In this document: one piece after another, positions 43,771 to 56,543 of the stretch | How positions within the stretch are numbered: position 1 is the stretch's first letter | Layout: each line of letters starts with the position of its first letter | Source of the DNA: Eledone cirrhosa | Lineage: Eukaryota | Direction: 5' to 3' | DNA length: 64,000 nt | Assembly: GCA_964016885.1 (NCBI GenBank) | Contig: OZ024742.1 | Coordinates: 92,008,001-92,072,000 of the forward strand | The notes under the pieces: model-generated | Database searches by the model: none | The model's input: only the letters and a program-made list of their open reading frames with translations | Told to the model about the DNA's origin: nothing | Position numbers and translations under genes: made by a program

Positions 43771-44838
43771 GATCGACTACTGTTCTCATCCAGAAACTGA
43801 AAACTCAAGAAAATATACTATATCTTCCCAGGAGTATCAGTTTTTGGAAGATGCCAAAACAATATGAAGATGCTCAAGAATGTTATTTCTATCCACCATT
43901 TTAGTTACAATGAGGAAACATTTCTAAAAATGTGAAAATGCTTTTGTGAAAGCAAAATGACCATTTAACTAATGCCATTTTATTACAAACGTTATGCTTC
44001 CTCTCTTATCTCTCCCCTGTCGTAAAATCAACTCAGTAAGTAATCGCATACAGATCAACATCTTTACAAATAAAAACATTCACTACCACCACCCTAACTG
44101 CCCATCGTTACTGCTACCGCCATCACTGTCATGGGCACATACTTGTTGCAAAAATGAAATAAAAGAAAAGAAAAACCGATTACTTAAACAAATATAAATA
44201 AACAGTAAACAAACTTTTGACAGCAGTTTTTAAAAAATAGCAACACACATTCACACACGCACACACGCGCGCGCGCACATATGTGTAATGTGTATATGAG
44301 AATTACTATTTTTTTTTTCATTCGCTGGTTTGACTGACTGGATTATTATCTTTGATAGAAAATTCTGTTGTAAGAAGTGAGTGATGTTTCTTAACCAAAT
44401 ATGAGAAGGACTTAAAAATAGACCCTCTAATATCTCTCTCTTTCTCTAATCAGATATTTACACGCCCCACTGTTCTAATTCTAGATATAACTACAGAAAA
44501 TAGTCCCTCCTCTCACCGTAGATTTTTTTTTTTTTTTTTTGTACATTACTGACGTTATATACCTACTGGTGGTGTCTGATATTGAAACTTGTATGGAAGC
44601 AGCTACGTGATTATTTGAAGTATGTAATGTATGTATGTATTTGTGCATGTAATTAATGTCTGTATGTGTGTATGTATGTAAGAATGTGGTGAAAGAATGT
44701 AGCTAGTGATGACGACGATGATGGCGCAGTAGAAGGATAATAGATATTCTATGTCAGACTCACTTTGTAGTTTAGTTTATAAGTTATTTTAATGTACTCG
44801 AAAGAAAGTAAGCAGCTGCTTGGTTGCTATATAATCCA

Positions 44839-44880
<42 letters not shown>

Positions 44881-46116
44881 TCCGTCCCGTCAAGCATCTC
44901 TTTTAACACAGTCGTTATTAATTACTTCCCACGCACACATGTTATGGTTTCCGCGGCCCAAAGTTTTTTGTTTTCATTTGTTTACGTTCTGTTACGAGAT
45001 TGGGTTGTCTGGAAAACATTTTCTCTCGTCTTCCCGTCCCTACGAAGCAGACGCGCAATTACAATATATATATTTTTTTTAGTTCTACATACAACCCATG
45101 GCCTGGTGGTTTGGGCGTTCACCGAAAGTAAAGTCAAGAGTTCGATTCACGATGGCGCGTTGTGTCCTTAATTAGACATGGCACCTTATTTCACGTGGCT
45201 CTATTTCACACACAGCTGGCAAAAATGAGTTGTACCTGTAATTCAAAACGGTCTTGTCATACAACAGCGAGTCACGCTAACTTTACCCGAGAACTACGTT
45301 GTGTGCATATTTCTGTGGAATACCCAGCCTATTGCACGTTAATATCTCGAGCAAGATGTTACGTTCGAACAACTGGGCGTCCTGCCGTCGGACCAAACAC
45401 AGATCCAATGTGGTTAGTTGATCTCAGTGGGGTTATAGCTCAAAACGTTGAATGCTAAAACAAATACCGCCAAAACTCTGTGTATTCTGCCGATATATAC
45501 CATTAATATCATGATTTGATACAATTTTATTCCAATCGGCGAAAAAGCCAATCGTCGAGGGTTAAACTAGAGTATTGTAGTTGTTTTATTTTTAAGTTGA
45601 AAAGATGTTAAATATATAAATCGAGCTCGTGGCATTACGATCATAATATCGTTTTGAGCTATAACCCTGCTGGGATCAACTTCGTCTTTCATGTTTTTGT
45701 TTCCGGTGTCGATAAAATATATTAGAGTTGATGTAATCTACGGTATCCTTCCTCTTCTAAATTTGTTGTCCTTGTGCCTAAATTAGAAACCATTATATTA
45801 ATGGTTTTATTATTCCCGGTTTCCTAACTTTGACAAAAATCATTTGGTTTTGCTAAAACGATGAAGAAAGAGATGCTTGTTATTGAAGGTGATTCATACA
45901 TAAGGATAGTTGTATTGCGTTAAGCTTAAAAGGAGATTAAGATGTGATATATATATTACAGAATTGTCTTCATCACGATACCATTGTTTGTCATTTAATA
46001 AATTAATCGAATGAGCACTCAATACTTGTAAGTAGAATGTAAATTTTATTTTCTGTGTAGAAAGGTGGCAGTGACTTCGAAGTGTCAGCTTCCACGAGGA
46101 AGTGTCTTTGATAATG

Positions 46117-46160
<44 letters not shown>

Positions 46161-48082
46161 AAATAAATAGGGAACAGGCATCCAATGAGATATGTAACAT
46201 TACATTATAATGTTTGAAATATGAAATATGTAGACATATTTGGGGAATAATTATTTAATCCCTCCCCTAACAATATGACCTTATACTGAATGATCTCTAA
46301 GAATTAAATATTTAACAGCTATAGGTCATCTCGTTTAGGTAGAGGGACTTCAACAGTAACACATGATGGTAAATTGTTTTCTGTATTTTTTTTATTTTTT
46401 TTTTTTTGACATCCAACGAAAAAAGACTATCTCATTAAATCTTTTATGACAAATACAGAGGTTTACTCAAAAAAACTAATAACTACGTATACACCAGTGT
46501 GTATATATATAATGACAATTTTAGGTGAGCAAATAAATAAAGGGAGTGTTTTCGAAATAATGAAATATATTCCTTCGTATTTTTTCCTTCCGTGTGTAAA
46601 TATAATATCAGTTTCGTCATGCCCCATTATAATTAAAACCATTCCTGTCGACTGAAACCTTTCAGACCACCCACCCTTTTCGTTCTTAGAAATCCAGTGT
46701 GTGGTTGTGTAAAATATTTAAAAAAAAACGAAACTTAACGAGAAAAAAATATCTACAGTGTGAAAGTGATTATTACAACTGACTTCGATCTGTTAAAAAA
46801 AATAAAAATAAATAAAACACAAATATTTGTTAAAGTATCCGGTACATGAAATAAGATGGCAGACTGACACACAAAAAAAAGAACAAAGGATAACCTGATT
46901 GAAAAGTGAATGAAAGGGAGACAACGAATATAAGGATTGACGTGTGATGTTTCTGAAACATCCTAAGATGATATTTGTTTCCAGTCAAAACAAATTAAAA
47001 AAGAAATGACACCTAGGAAAGGTGAAGGTGAATCGAAATAAAAAAAATAAAATAAAATAATAAAGAGACTGCAGGATAGATTTTCAATTGTCTCGAGAAA
47101 GTAATCTATAATATATTGTTACATAACATTCTATTAATGAATGGGAAAATATCGATATATCATTGTATCATTGTTAAAAACTTGAGAAAGCTGACGTAGG
47201 TGACAACTATTATTGAACACATGATATTGGTGCTCCTTCAGCTGCAGATCATTTCCCACTCATAATGTAAATAGAATCGAGTAAATTATTCGTTGCCAAC
47301 CGCCATCCAGCCCAATATATATATAATATAAAGTATATGTTGGTGAGCGCTGTTTGTTTGTTTATTTATTTATTTATTCAAAACTTGAAAATTTTTAGAA
47401 ATTTAAATGCACGTTACACCAACGTGAAGTAGCTATCTGACGAACGCCTATAGCGTGAAACTCGGAGTAACGACACGGAAAAAATAATAAACTACCAAGT
47501 TTTAAATGACTAAATAAATACAAATTGACATTTTTCTCTATTACGTTTTTTTTTTTTTGTTTTCCTTTTTTTTAAATCCCAAAACAACTTGACAAACACG
47601 CAGAGAAAAACAATCCACTCAAAATTTAAAGTGCAAATCTTTATGATTTTTTATAAATTGGGTTAGTTGTTGAGACAAAAAAAAAAAAACAAGGATGGTT
47701 GTGTGTTGTCAGCTAGAAGAACTTTTGGTCACATAAACATAAAACATACCAAGAAAAACAACACTGCAGCCATATTTCTGGTGGAGATTTAACGAACTTC
47801 ATCCTGATACGACAACGATGATATCACTCATTGATATCTATAAAATACATATTTATAGAGACAATTCCAAGAAAAATGGTCAAGAATGATTTGGAACTCT
47901 AAAATTTAAAACAAAATAGAAACCTATATATGCTGAAAAGGATTTCCGAGAAGACTTTTTAGACGTTGTTCGTGACTGGCCAGATAGCTGAACTGTGATT
48001 CCCCTATTTCTTTCTCTGATACAACTGTTAAAACCAGAGAGACTTGTACAAATTTTACATTAATTTATTTTTTCAAAAGTTG

Positions 48083-48150
48083 AATAAATATTAATCAAAT
48101 ATTTCAATTGTGTTTTGATTTGTTTTTTTTTTTTTGTTTTTTTTTTTGTC
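48083..48150 (+). terminator. Candidate distal polyadenylation site (implies a 3' UTR of about 5.4 kb)
   Basis: AATAAA at 48083-48088, an upstream TGTA, and a strong downstream GT/T-rich tract (ttgtgttttgatttgttttttt...). Interspersed repeats resume just after it. Other AATAAA hexamers lie upstream. Confidence 0.5.
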
Positions 48151-48184
48151 TTATTAATTTATATACATAATTTATGTACAGACA

Positions 48185-48332
48185 TCGTTGTGTGAGGAAG
48201 AAATTTGCTTCATTTCGCAACCCCGTGCGTCGCACTTTGGGCAAGTCATTTAGTCATTTTCTCTACAGCCTCGAGCTGATGAATGCTTCGTAGGGGAAAT
48301 TAGTAGACACAGATTTTATGGAGTCCATCGAG
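48185..48332 (+). mobile_element. Diverged SINE, third family
   Basis: gcactttgggcaagt...tctacagcctcgagctga...tagtagac resembles a common octopus SINE body (from recall). Confidence 0.5.
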
Positions 48333-48974
48333 TGTGACTATATCATTTCAATAAATCTCACGGTTACGTGACAACTAATTTGTCTGTCAAGAAAGTGGTA
48401 ATGAGCTTTTACTATTAATTCTGCCATGGCAGTTACAGCTTGGAAAATACAAGCGTGAAATTAATTATGCATTTATTGGTGAAAAGTATAGAATATGAGA
48501 GGGGTTTTACTAACATAAGTAATGTGGAGGAAAAACATCTGACCGCGTTTCATTCTATTTTTCTATTAATATTGTCTTGTGGCCAGACAATCTAAAAATA
48601 TTATTTTCACTTTGATAACCTGGAAAGTAGATAGTCAACGAATTGTGAACAACAACGTCGGGGTAATTCTTGGACAGACACAGAGAGATAGAAAGCAAAT
48701 TAAGTGTACGAAGGTGTAATATGCTTATAATGAGAAGGGTACGAGATCGTCATCCAGCAGAGGGAATAACGGTTAACAACTATACTATAAATAGGGTAAT
48801 AAAAGATATGAAGACAGTGATGGAGGCTGAAATAAAGAACATATCCAGCGAAGGATTTGCTACTGTTATAAAGATAAAGGAGATATCTTAGAAAGTAATA
48901 AGTACAGCCATGGCACAAAGTTATATATAGTGCAGCCAATTAAGAAGAGAATTAACTAGTGTGGTATGCAATCT

Positions 48975-49330
48975 AAGTTTATGCCATGTCGTGGCAACAC
49001 CAATCATCGCTTTTAAAAGTTGTGGAGTTGTCTAAGAGCATGCCATTATAACTACTTAACATTCGTTGAACTGGAGATGGCCTTTGATCGGATACCGCGC
49101 TCTTTAGTCTGAGGGATGCTGAGAAAGCTGATGTAGAAGTTTGACGTGCCCGTCACATATGGGTGGTTGGGCACTATTAGCAAAATGAAAATGACTCACG
49201 AATTCAGGGAGAAATCTAGGTCGCTATATGTTTATCAGAGCTCATTTTTTTTCAGGTCCCTTTCCTCCCATCTGTATACTATAGTTCTCTAAGCAATAGC
49301 AAATACATTCAACACCAGATGTCCATAAAT
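48975..49330 (+). pseudogene. Heavily decayed LINE reverse transcriptase fragment (RTE-like)
   Basis: FMPCRG... followed by FVELEMAFDRIPRSLV*GMLRKL, matching the FVDLEKAFDRVPR motif. Confidence 0.6.
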
Positions 49331-49617
49331 TCCTGTTGCCGATCGATTCAGTTGACCGGCTCTGTTTGGGAAAACGGTGGCTCTAATCACGATCTGGCCA
49401 ACCCATGTCTACACCAATGATTCCGAAATTTGAAACTACCGCTACCTGGAGGGTGCTATGAGACGGGAGAAAGGCGCTGGAAAGCAATATGGAGTTATTA
49501 CAAAACACAAAATGGAGGGAAAGGGAAGGAGTAACGTATACAAATTAGTAGCTGCTTGTAAAACTGCCAGCTTTACTTATTCATTAATTCTTTTAATGAA
49601 ATAATAAAAATATTGAT

Positions 49618-49828
49618 ATCTAATAGAAGCACAAGGTCATCAAATATGAGAAGAGTTCAAAGTCGATTACACCAACCCCAGTATGTGACTGGTATTTTAA
49701 TTTTATCGATCCCAGAAGGATGAAATGGAAAGTTAACCTCGTCGGGATTTCTACTCACAATGTAAAGAGCCAGAACAAATATCACAATGTCTATTATACG
49801 ATGCTCTACCAACTCTGCTAATCCACCA
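49618..49828 (-). mobile_element. Diverged S1 SINE
   Basis: gcacaaggtc...ttttatcgatcccagaaggatgaaa...ctctaccaactctgctaatccacc. Confidence 0.7.
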
Positions 49829-51798
49829 AGCTTTAAAACAAGAAAATATAAACAAATTATTTTTCAATGTATAATTTTTATCATATTTACAGCGGATGCG
49901 TTAATGAAATATACTCTTTCGAAGGAGGCAGTTGTCCAGATATATTTGGGAAACTGTGGTCTAAGCTATGGGCACACCATATCAATGATGCTATGGATGG
50001 ATCTACCGACCTTTCAGCTACTCTGCCTTCTATTGAAACCCATCAGTCTAACTGTATTCACTTCACCATCCGAATACTAAATGTCTGTTTATGTCGTTAA
50101 TTAAGTGTTCTTAATTAAGAAATCAGAAATATAGCGAGTAATTAGCTGATGACAAATATCAACGTTTGGTATTTATAGAAACATGAAAAACACTAACATT
50201 ATACTGCACCCGATATATTCTTTTATGAATACTTTGAATATTTACTTTAATAAGCTATTTCATACTTTAACTCTTTATAAACTAGTCATTGAGGTAGTCT
50301 ACACCGGGTCGATAAACCTACAACAAATAGCAGTAAAGTCTCTCTCAAACTTCACTCTATTGTCTTTCAAAAGTAAAGATACATTGAATAAAAATAAAAC
50401 TTGTTCAAATCATCATTAATTACATCATTCGTCTCATTTAGTATCCGTGTAGTATATCTGGCCGGTTGATCTGGAAACGGCAGCCTTGAAAGGCAGCTGG
50501 ATTAAAAGCAGGACAACTCCTAGCAAAACCCTTACTACTTGTGATTGCCAGTGTAATGGTGAAGGCTAATGGAGTCAAGTCATACAGTAAATGGGGTCGG
50601 AAAACAACTCTGGACCAAACGACCTTATTCATCTCGAGGAAACCCCAAAAGATTTTCAGAAGAGTGGTGGTGTCTGAAGCTCACAGCCCTCAAACATGTG
50701 GATGGGTTTTATTCATTCATCTCAATTAAAATGTGTGGATGGACGTGTGCTTGCAAAAGATAATGGACTATACATGAAGGAATAGAGTAACTCTATATAC
50801 ATCATTATCATCTGGTTACGTTTACTCTCAGCTGGTCGAATACCATGGATTGTCACGTCTGTCTTTCTTCTGTTGTTTTGTCTAATTCTTGATATTATCC
50901 ATTCATATAATTCCTGGTTTTCCTCTTATTCTCTTGAATGCTTTCTATTAACAATACCTTGCCCCCCACCCCCCCAAAAAAACATATGTAAATAAAACTC
51001 ACGTGTTTCTCTCTTTGATTGTGACTAACATAATTTGTCATTTTTAGATAATCTTCGCAAGGCCATATTATTTATATAGCTGACTAGGTTGAAGCATAGA
51101 TGACCGCAAGTACTAGTGGCCCATCAATTCTTTTTATGTTTTAGTGGGGAAAAATATTGAAATACCAAAGGAGACCAGAAATACCTGAAAACTTAAGACG
51201 TTGGTCATGGATTAATACGGTCCAAAACTTCGTCAGAACAACGTTATGAATCCCAACCTAATCTATTACCATGTCTTCGAACAAAAATGGAATCCTCTTT
51301 GCAGATGCTCAACTTACTAATTAGCCAAATATTCTACGACTTACACTTTACCGTCTTCAGAAGATAGATACACATACTTCTAAATAACGATGGTAATTCG
51401 ATTTTTCCTTTCATATTTTAGGTGGGGATTAGATAAGCTACAATCAAGTACTGAAGTCGATATAGTTAACTGTGTGTATTTCACTTAAAATGTGCGATAA
51501 TGTATCTATGTTCAAAACACGTAAAAGTATCAAATAAAATGAATACAAACGAATGTCCACCATTTTGACACGGTAAATCAAGGTTTCCAAATTTTGTGTA
51601 ACGGCACTTTACAGTGTCGCAAATTATCTTTCTGTTTCATGGAAGTAAGTAAAATCTCATCAATTTTTATAAATATTTGAAATATAATGAATAACACAAC
51701 ACCGGGTGGTCCGAGAGTTTTGTCACCCCTTGTTACATATTGTTTTAATTTTCATTATTTTTTGTTTTAATAATATAATATATAGTATCATTAATTAT

Positions 51799-51978
51799 GT
51801 GAATTGGCAGTATCGGTAGAGGGTTGGACGCCATGCTTTCTAGCATAGTTACGTCCCTTTACAGTCTGAGTTCAAATCCCGCTGCGGTTAACTTTGCTTT
51901 TCATCCTTACGGGGGCGATAAAATAAAGTACCAGTAATGTACTGAGTAATTGCTGGCCTTGTGCCTAAAGTAGAAACA
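51799..51978 (+). mobile_element. S1 SINE nested in the Tc1/mariner relic, probable 9-bp TSD attaattat
   Basis: Near-consensus copy. attaattat occurs at about 51790-51798 and 51979-51987. Confidence 0.85.
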
Positions 51979-52000
51979 ATTAATTATAATATATAATAAA

Positions 52001-52509
52001 TCTATATATATAAAGTTGTAGTTCCTGTCTGTTCGTTTGTTTGTTTGTTCACGAACTCCTCCTATGGTTTTGGAGATAGACCCCCATAACCATATATATT
52101 CTGAAATTACATTGCCCAGGGTACTTGGATAAGTATATTACATTTTAATCAAAGGGTTCCCGGGGGGCACAAACCCCCGCTAAAAATGTTTTCCTTTCGA
52201 TTTATATGAAATTTAAACCATAGGTAAATGACAAGATATGATGCCTATTCACAAAAGTTTTGAATTGATATTTTGAAAAAAATTATTTACAAGAAACATA
52301 ATAAGAATACGATTTAATAATGTAATTTTGATTTGATATATTATAAAAAAATAATGTTTTCCAATTTTTCATGCATTACATTTTACATTGAGTAATATTG
52401 AAATGCAAAGTTTTTCTCTATAAATTATATCACTGATTTAAAATCAATCATCATTTTCTGACAAAAAAATAATGTGTGAAATGGAGCAAGGCGCGGGTAA
52501 TTCGGCTAG
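52001..52509 (+). mobile_element. Non-autonomous Helitron, family H1, nested in a Tc1/mariner relic
   Basis: A|TCtatatatataaagttgtagttcc...gcaaggcgcgggtaattcggCTAG|T. Shares both ends with 1288-1885 but differs in the middle. Confidence 0.85.
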
Positions 52510-53141
52510 TAATAATACAATTTTCTATTTCAGAGCTCCTACAGTTTGGAAAAGAGGCTGCTTGCAAGTGTATGGACACATGATCGTGTGCATTCTGGCA
52601 AGAGCATGGAGGATGTGCGACATGACTTCACTGCAAGATTCGACAAACCAGCTCCTCCAAAGTGGATGATACTGCGATGGGAACATAAACTGTTTCTCAT
52701 TACTTTTTGGTAGGGGGTGACAAGACTTTCGGACCACCCTGTACAATTAAACACTTGACTGGTGACACGTGATACCATATTTGATTGCTTACTTACTAAT
52801 TTTATTAATTTCGTATTTCTAGAGTAACTTAAAATGTGTTAGGAAAGATGTTATAAAAAATTGTGTGTCGTTCAGCAATGTGAAAAGTCTGGAACGTTCT
52901 GCTGTAAGGAAACTAGTTAGAAAGGACTCTATTGTTCATAAGTCACCCACTCCATGAAGTATACCTATAAAACTCAAGGTCAATCATTTTATGGAACTGA
53001 ATCTTGCAAAACGAAGTATTTATAGTTATCTATAAATACTTGTTTTTTTTTTTGCTTCACACTCTCTGGATTTCATTTTCTCACATTCTGTTTGTCTGTC
53101 TCTTTCTTTCTCTCTCCGTGTCTCCGCTTTCTCGCTATATA

Positions 53142-53223
<82 letters not shown>

Positions 53224-53240
53224 CCCCCACCCCCATACAC

Positions 53241-53272
<32 letters not shown>

Positions 53273-53295
53273 ATATGAATATATATATATATATA

Positions 53296-54219
53296 CTAGC
53301 AGTGGTACCCGGCGTTGCACGGGATAAGGTATTTTGGAACGCTGGCCGCCAACAGACCTAATCGTGGAAAAACTGCATGCGTGGATAATATGTAAAGAAA
53401 ATAAACCGAATACTCTGATGGCTGGATAATCTTTAAGATTTTCCTCGATGAAGCAGGAAAAATGTAGGTTTTCACCTAATGCGGGCCCTAGGGGACCAGG
53501 AAAATGATTTTTTTTATGTGCATAATATGCCTTGAAATTTCGGGAAAATCGGCTAGACGTAACGCCTCAAAAAAGCCCTAAAAAGCTGAAAAATTGAAGT
53601 TTCTCATCTAATGCGGGCCCTAGGCCATAAAAAAGTTGGATTTTCTTTGCTTACGATATGAAGAAGAGACTGACTAATACATAGTTACAATTTCAAGGAA
53701 ATCAGTTTGACGTAACGACTCAAAATAACCCTAAAAACCTGAAAAAGCAGTTTTTCAACTAATGCGGGCCCTAGGGTATCAAAAAGTTGAATTTGTTTAT
53801 GTGCATAACACTCCCTGCAACATAAGTAATACACATATAAAGTTTGAAAAAAGTCGGTTGGGTACTTCTCGAGTTTTAGGGATTCAAACTCACGCACACA
53901 CATACACAGACAGACATCCTGACGGAAGTGACGTAATGCAGACAGCCACACATACAGACAGATATTATAAGGGTGCGACGTTATATGTATGTATCTATCT
54001 AAAAAGAGAAAGACTAAGAATTATAGAGAGAGATCGCTAAATCGCTTAATGCTGTACCTAGGGCATTGAAAATTTGAAATTTATTTTGCTCAGAACACTC
54101 CCTGAAACATAAGTATTACATGTGTAAAGTTTGAAAACAGTAGGTTGGGTGGTTCTCGAGTTTTAGGGATTCAAACTCTCACACACACAGACAGACCTCC
54201 TCAGTTTTATATATATAAC
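53296..54219 (-). mobile_element. Non-autonomous Helitron, family H3, with internal repeats
   Basis: Minus-strand 3' end cccgtgcaacgccgggtaccactgCTAG|T. Three ctaatgcgggccctagg repeats and a duplicated ...ttctcgagttttagggattcaaactc block. Flanked by (TA)n. The 5' end is approximate. Confidence 0.75.
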
Positions 54220-54533
54220 ATATATATATATATTATGTGGGGGGGGGGGGGGGTAACTATAGTTACAGAGAGTGCGCCGTACGACTCGATGCTGTTATGA
54301 GGTCTGTCTTGTCTTGGGTTGTATTCCTGAGTTAAGACAGCTGGAGTGTGTAGAGTGTAAATGAGTTTGGATGTGTCTTTGCACATAAAAACTCACATAT
54401 CTCAGATGTCGAAGAGTGTCGGAGCGCGGTCATTATGATTGTACCCTGAGTTGATCGATATTGAAACAATTCTAATGTGCCAAGAGAATTTATATATATG
54501 CTGCAATTCTGACTTCGATTATACTCTCACACA

Positions 54534-54597
<64 letters not shown>

Positions 54598-54805
54598 TTT
54601 CTGAATTTGTTTAGCAAGATTCTTTATCTGAAAACGTGTGTTGAAACCGATATTGTTATACTTTGGGAGGGTCATGTTGCCAATAAGAAACACACGCACC
54701 AGTTGTTTTCACTCCAATTTATTATAAGTTAAATTATAAATTTAAAAAATTTATAAATTTCCGGTTGGTTGGTTGGTTCCACAACCGGACGGTTGTTCAT
54801 ATATT

Positions 54806-54848
54806 GTCAAACTTTTTTCGTCACACATTATGTGACTTCTTCAGTGAC
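54806..54848 (-). ncRNA. Minimal type I hammerhead ribozyme motif (decayed) in the Penelope pLTR
   Basis: Minus strand reads GUCA-CUGAAGA-A-GUCACA uaaug UGUGAC-GAAA-AAAG-UU-UGAC: stem I GUCA/UGAC, stem II GUCACA/UGUGAC, both core boxes present. The loop III tetramer is not palindromic. Confidence 0.65.
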
Positions 54849-55049
54849 TGGGGATTCTTTTCTTTGTTTTGTGTCTCTCCTTTGTTCTGTCCTACGCCAT
54901 CTTGTGTTTGTGTGTGTTGTGTGCTTAGTTTGCGCATGTGTTACATCCGGGTGTCTGTGTGTGTTTTTATTTGTTTATTTATTTGTTTATTTATTTGTTT
55001 ATTTACATGTTACTTGTTGGTTGTTTGTTCTATGTGTGTGTGTTTTCAT

Positions 55050-56543
55050 TTTGTCCTTAATTGAAATTTGTGGTGTTGCTATTCCATTCATGTTTTCTAT
55101 TTTCTATTTAATTTTGGTTGGAGTTCATTTATGTTTATTGCCTCTGTGATTTGTCTAAACATTGCGTCTTTTCTGTGTGTAGATTTTATTTTTATTTCTA
55201 TGTTCTCTAATTTGCCCTGTTCTATTTTAGCATGTTGTTGGAGTACTGATGACTCTTTTCTATCTTGAAGCTTCGCCAGTGTTCATTTAATCGTTCTCCT
55301 ATACTACGAGCTGTCTGACCTATGTACACTATATTCTTATCTTTACATTGTCCTTCAGTACATCTTATGATATATACTATGTTTCTAGTTTTACAGTTAA
55401 TATGGGGGCTTAGTTTACAGATTATGCATTTCTTATCTATACAGGGAGGTCTTCGAAAAGGGTATGTATTACTAATAAGTGTTTTTATGGAGGAACCTGG
55501 TCTTTCTACTATCTTAATATTTACTTTAAGTTTATCTAGGGCCCTTCTAAATTTGTAACCGAATTCACCTCTAGGGGTTGTATTGATGAACATTACACTC
55601 TGGTATTTATTGCTATCATACCATGAGTTTATTCTATTAACCTTATTCCTAGTTCTTTCTATTCTATTCCAAAATTTGCTCCTATACAAGGGGCAGGTCC
55701 CATTTGTATCATTATTTACCATTTTTTCCCATTTGGTTCTGGCTCCTCTATATACTCTGATTTTATCTCTCTGGTTGTAACCAGAGAACTGCATGCGGTG
55801 GATGAAGTATTGTATGTGTCTCTCTTGTTCTTTGGGGTTGCACATGCGGTATACGTTTCTCATCACCCGTACTAAATCTGCAATCAGTATGTTGATTTTG
55901 GTGTGATCCGAAACAGCTGAGTTTCGGTGGATCATATATTTGGAAGTCATGGGTTTGGCATAAAGGGAATGGAGGATTTGTTTTTTGTTATTAATGGTTT
56001 CTAGCAAGAGATCTGTGTCTAGTACATGGTTGGGGTGTTTGCTTGGGTAGTCTATAGTAACTCTAATACTCTGGTGGATGGAGTTAGCTAATTGCTGGAT
56101 GCTTTCCATGGTGTTTTTCTCTAATTCCTGTCTGTCCTCTAGTGGGGGTGTTTTTACTACGATGTTTATATCATCAACGTAACGAGAGTACATTATCAGG
56201 GTTAAGAGGTTGCTGTCTTCTAATTGTTTTTAAATTTATTTTCCCACCATACCATGAATAGGTTAGCTATGTCACCTGCAATGCTAACACCAATGGCTGC
56301 TCTTTCCTCTTGGGCATATGTTTTTCCATTAAATTTGAACATATGTTCCTTAAGGGTTAGTTTTATACTGGCCCCCACCGCATGTGTAATCATTTTCTTT
56401 AGTTCATCATAGTTTTCGGGGTCCGTATGGCTCTGGTCCACCCGTTCCATCTTTCTGTGTGGGTTTTCTTGGCCATTGAGGTAATGGTAGGTGGTCTGTC
56501 TCTTGCTGGCCTTGTGGGGCAGAGGTTGCTAAGGTCATACGTA
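55050..56543 (-). pseudogene. Penelope-like RT/GIY-YIG endonuclease ORF, frameshifted
   Basis: RT motifs FKFNGKTYAQ..AIGVSIAGDIANLFM and YSRYVDDINI, a Cys cluster CIDKKCIICKLSPHINC, and GIY-YIG NIVYIIRC...VYIGQTARSIGERLNEH. Split across ORFs 55222-56193, 56220-56450 and 56399-56647. Confidence 0.9.

Larger units (their letters stand above)
51702..52741 (+). mobile_element. Tc1/mariner-type DNA transposon relic with nested SINE and Helitron
   Basis: TIRs ccgggtggtccgagagttttgtcacccc and ggggtgacaagactttcggaccaccctg, with TA after the right TIR and CA before the left. An internal frame at about 52549-52695 reads EKRLLASVWTHDRVHSGKSMEDVRHDFTARFDKPAPPKWMILRWEHKLF, resembling a transposase N-terminal HTH (DUF4817-like). 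Confidence 0.8.

Noticed and set aside
54765-55149. Paired 99-129 aa hydrophobic ORFs here and at 57703-58096 that look like a duplicated small gene
   Set aside because: They are antisense translations of the two pLTR arms of the Penelope element.
55380-55460. Possible selenocysteine recoding in the PLE Cys cluster, as in Naiad elements
   Set aside because: The cluster reads through as Cys codons with no in-frame TGA in this copy.
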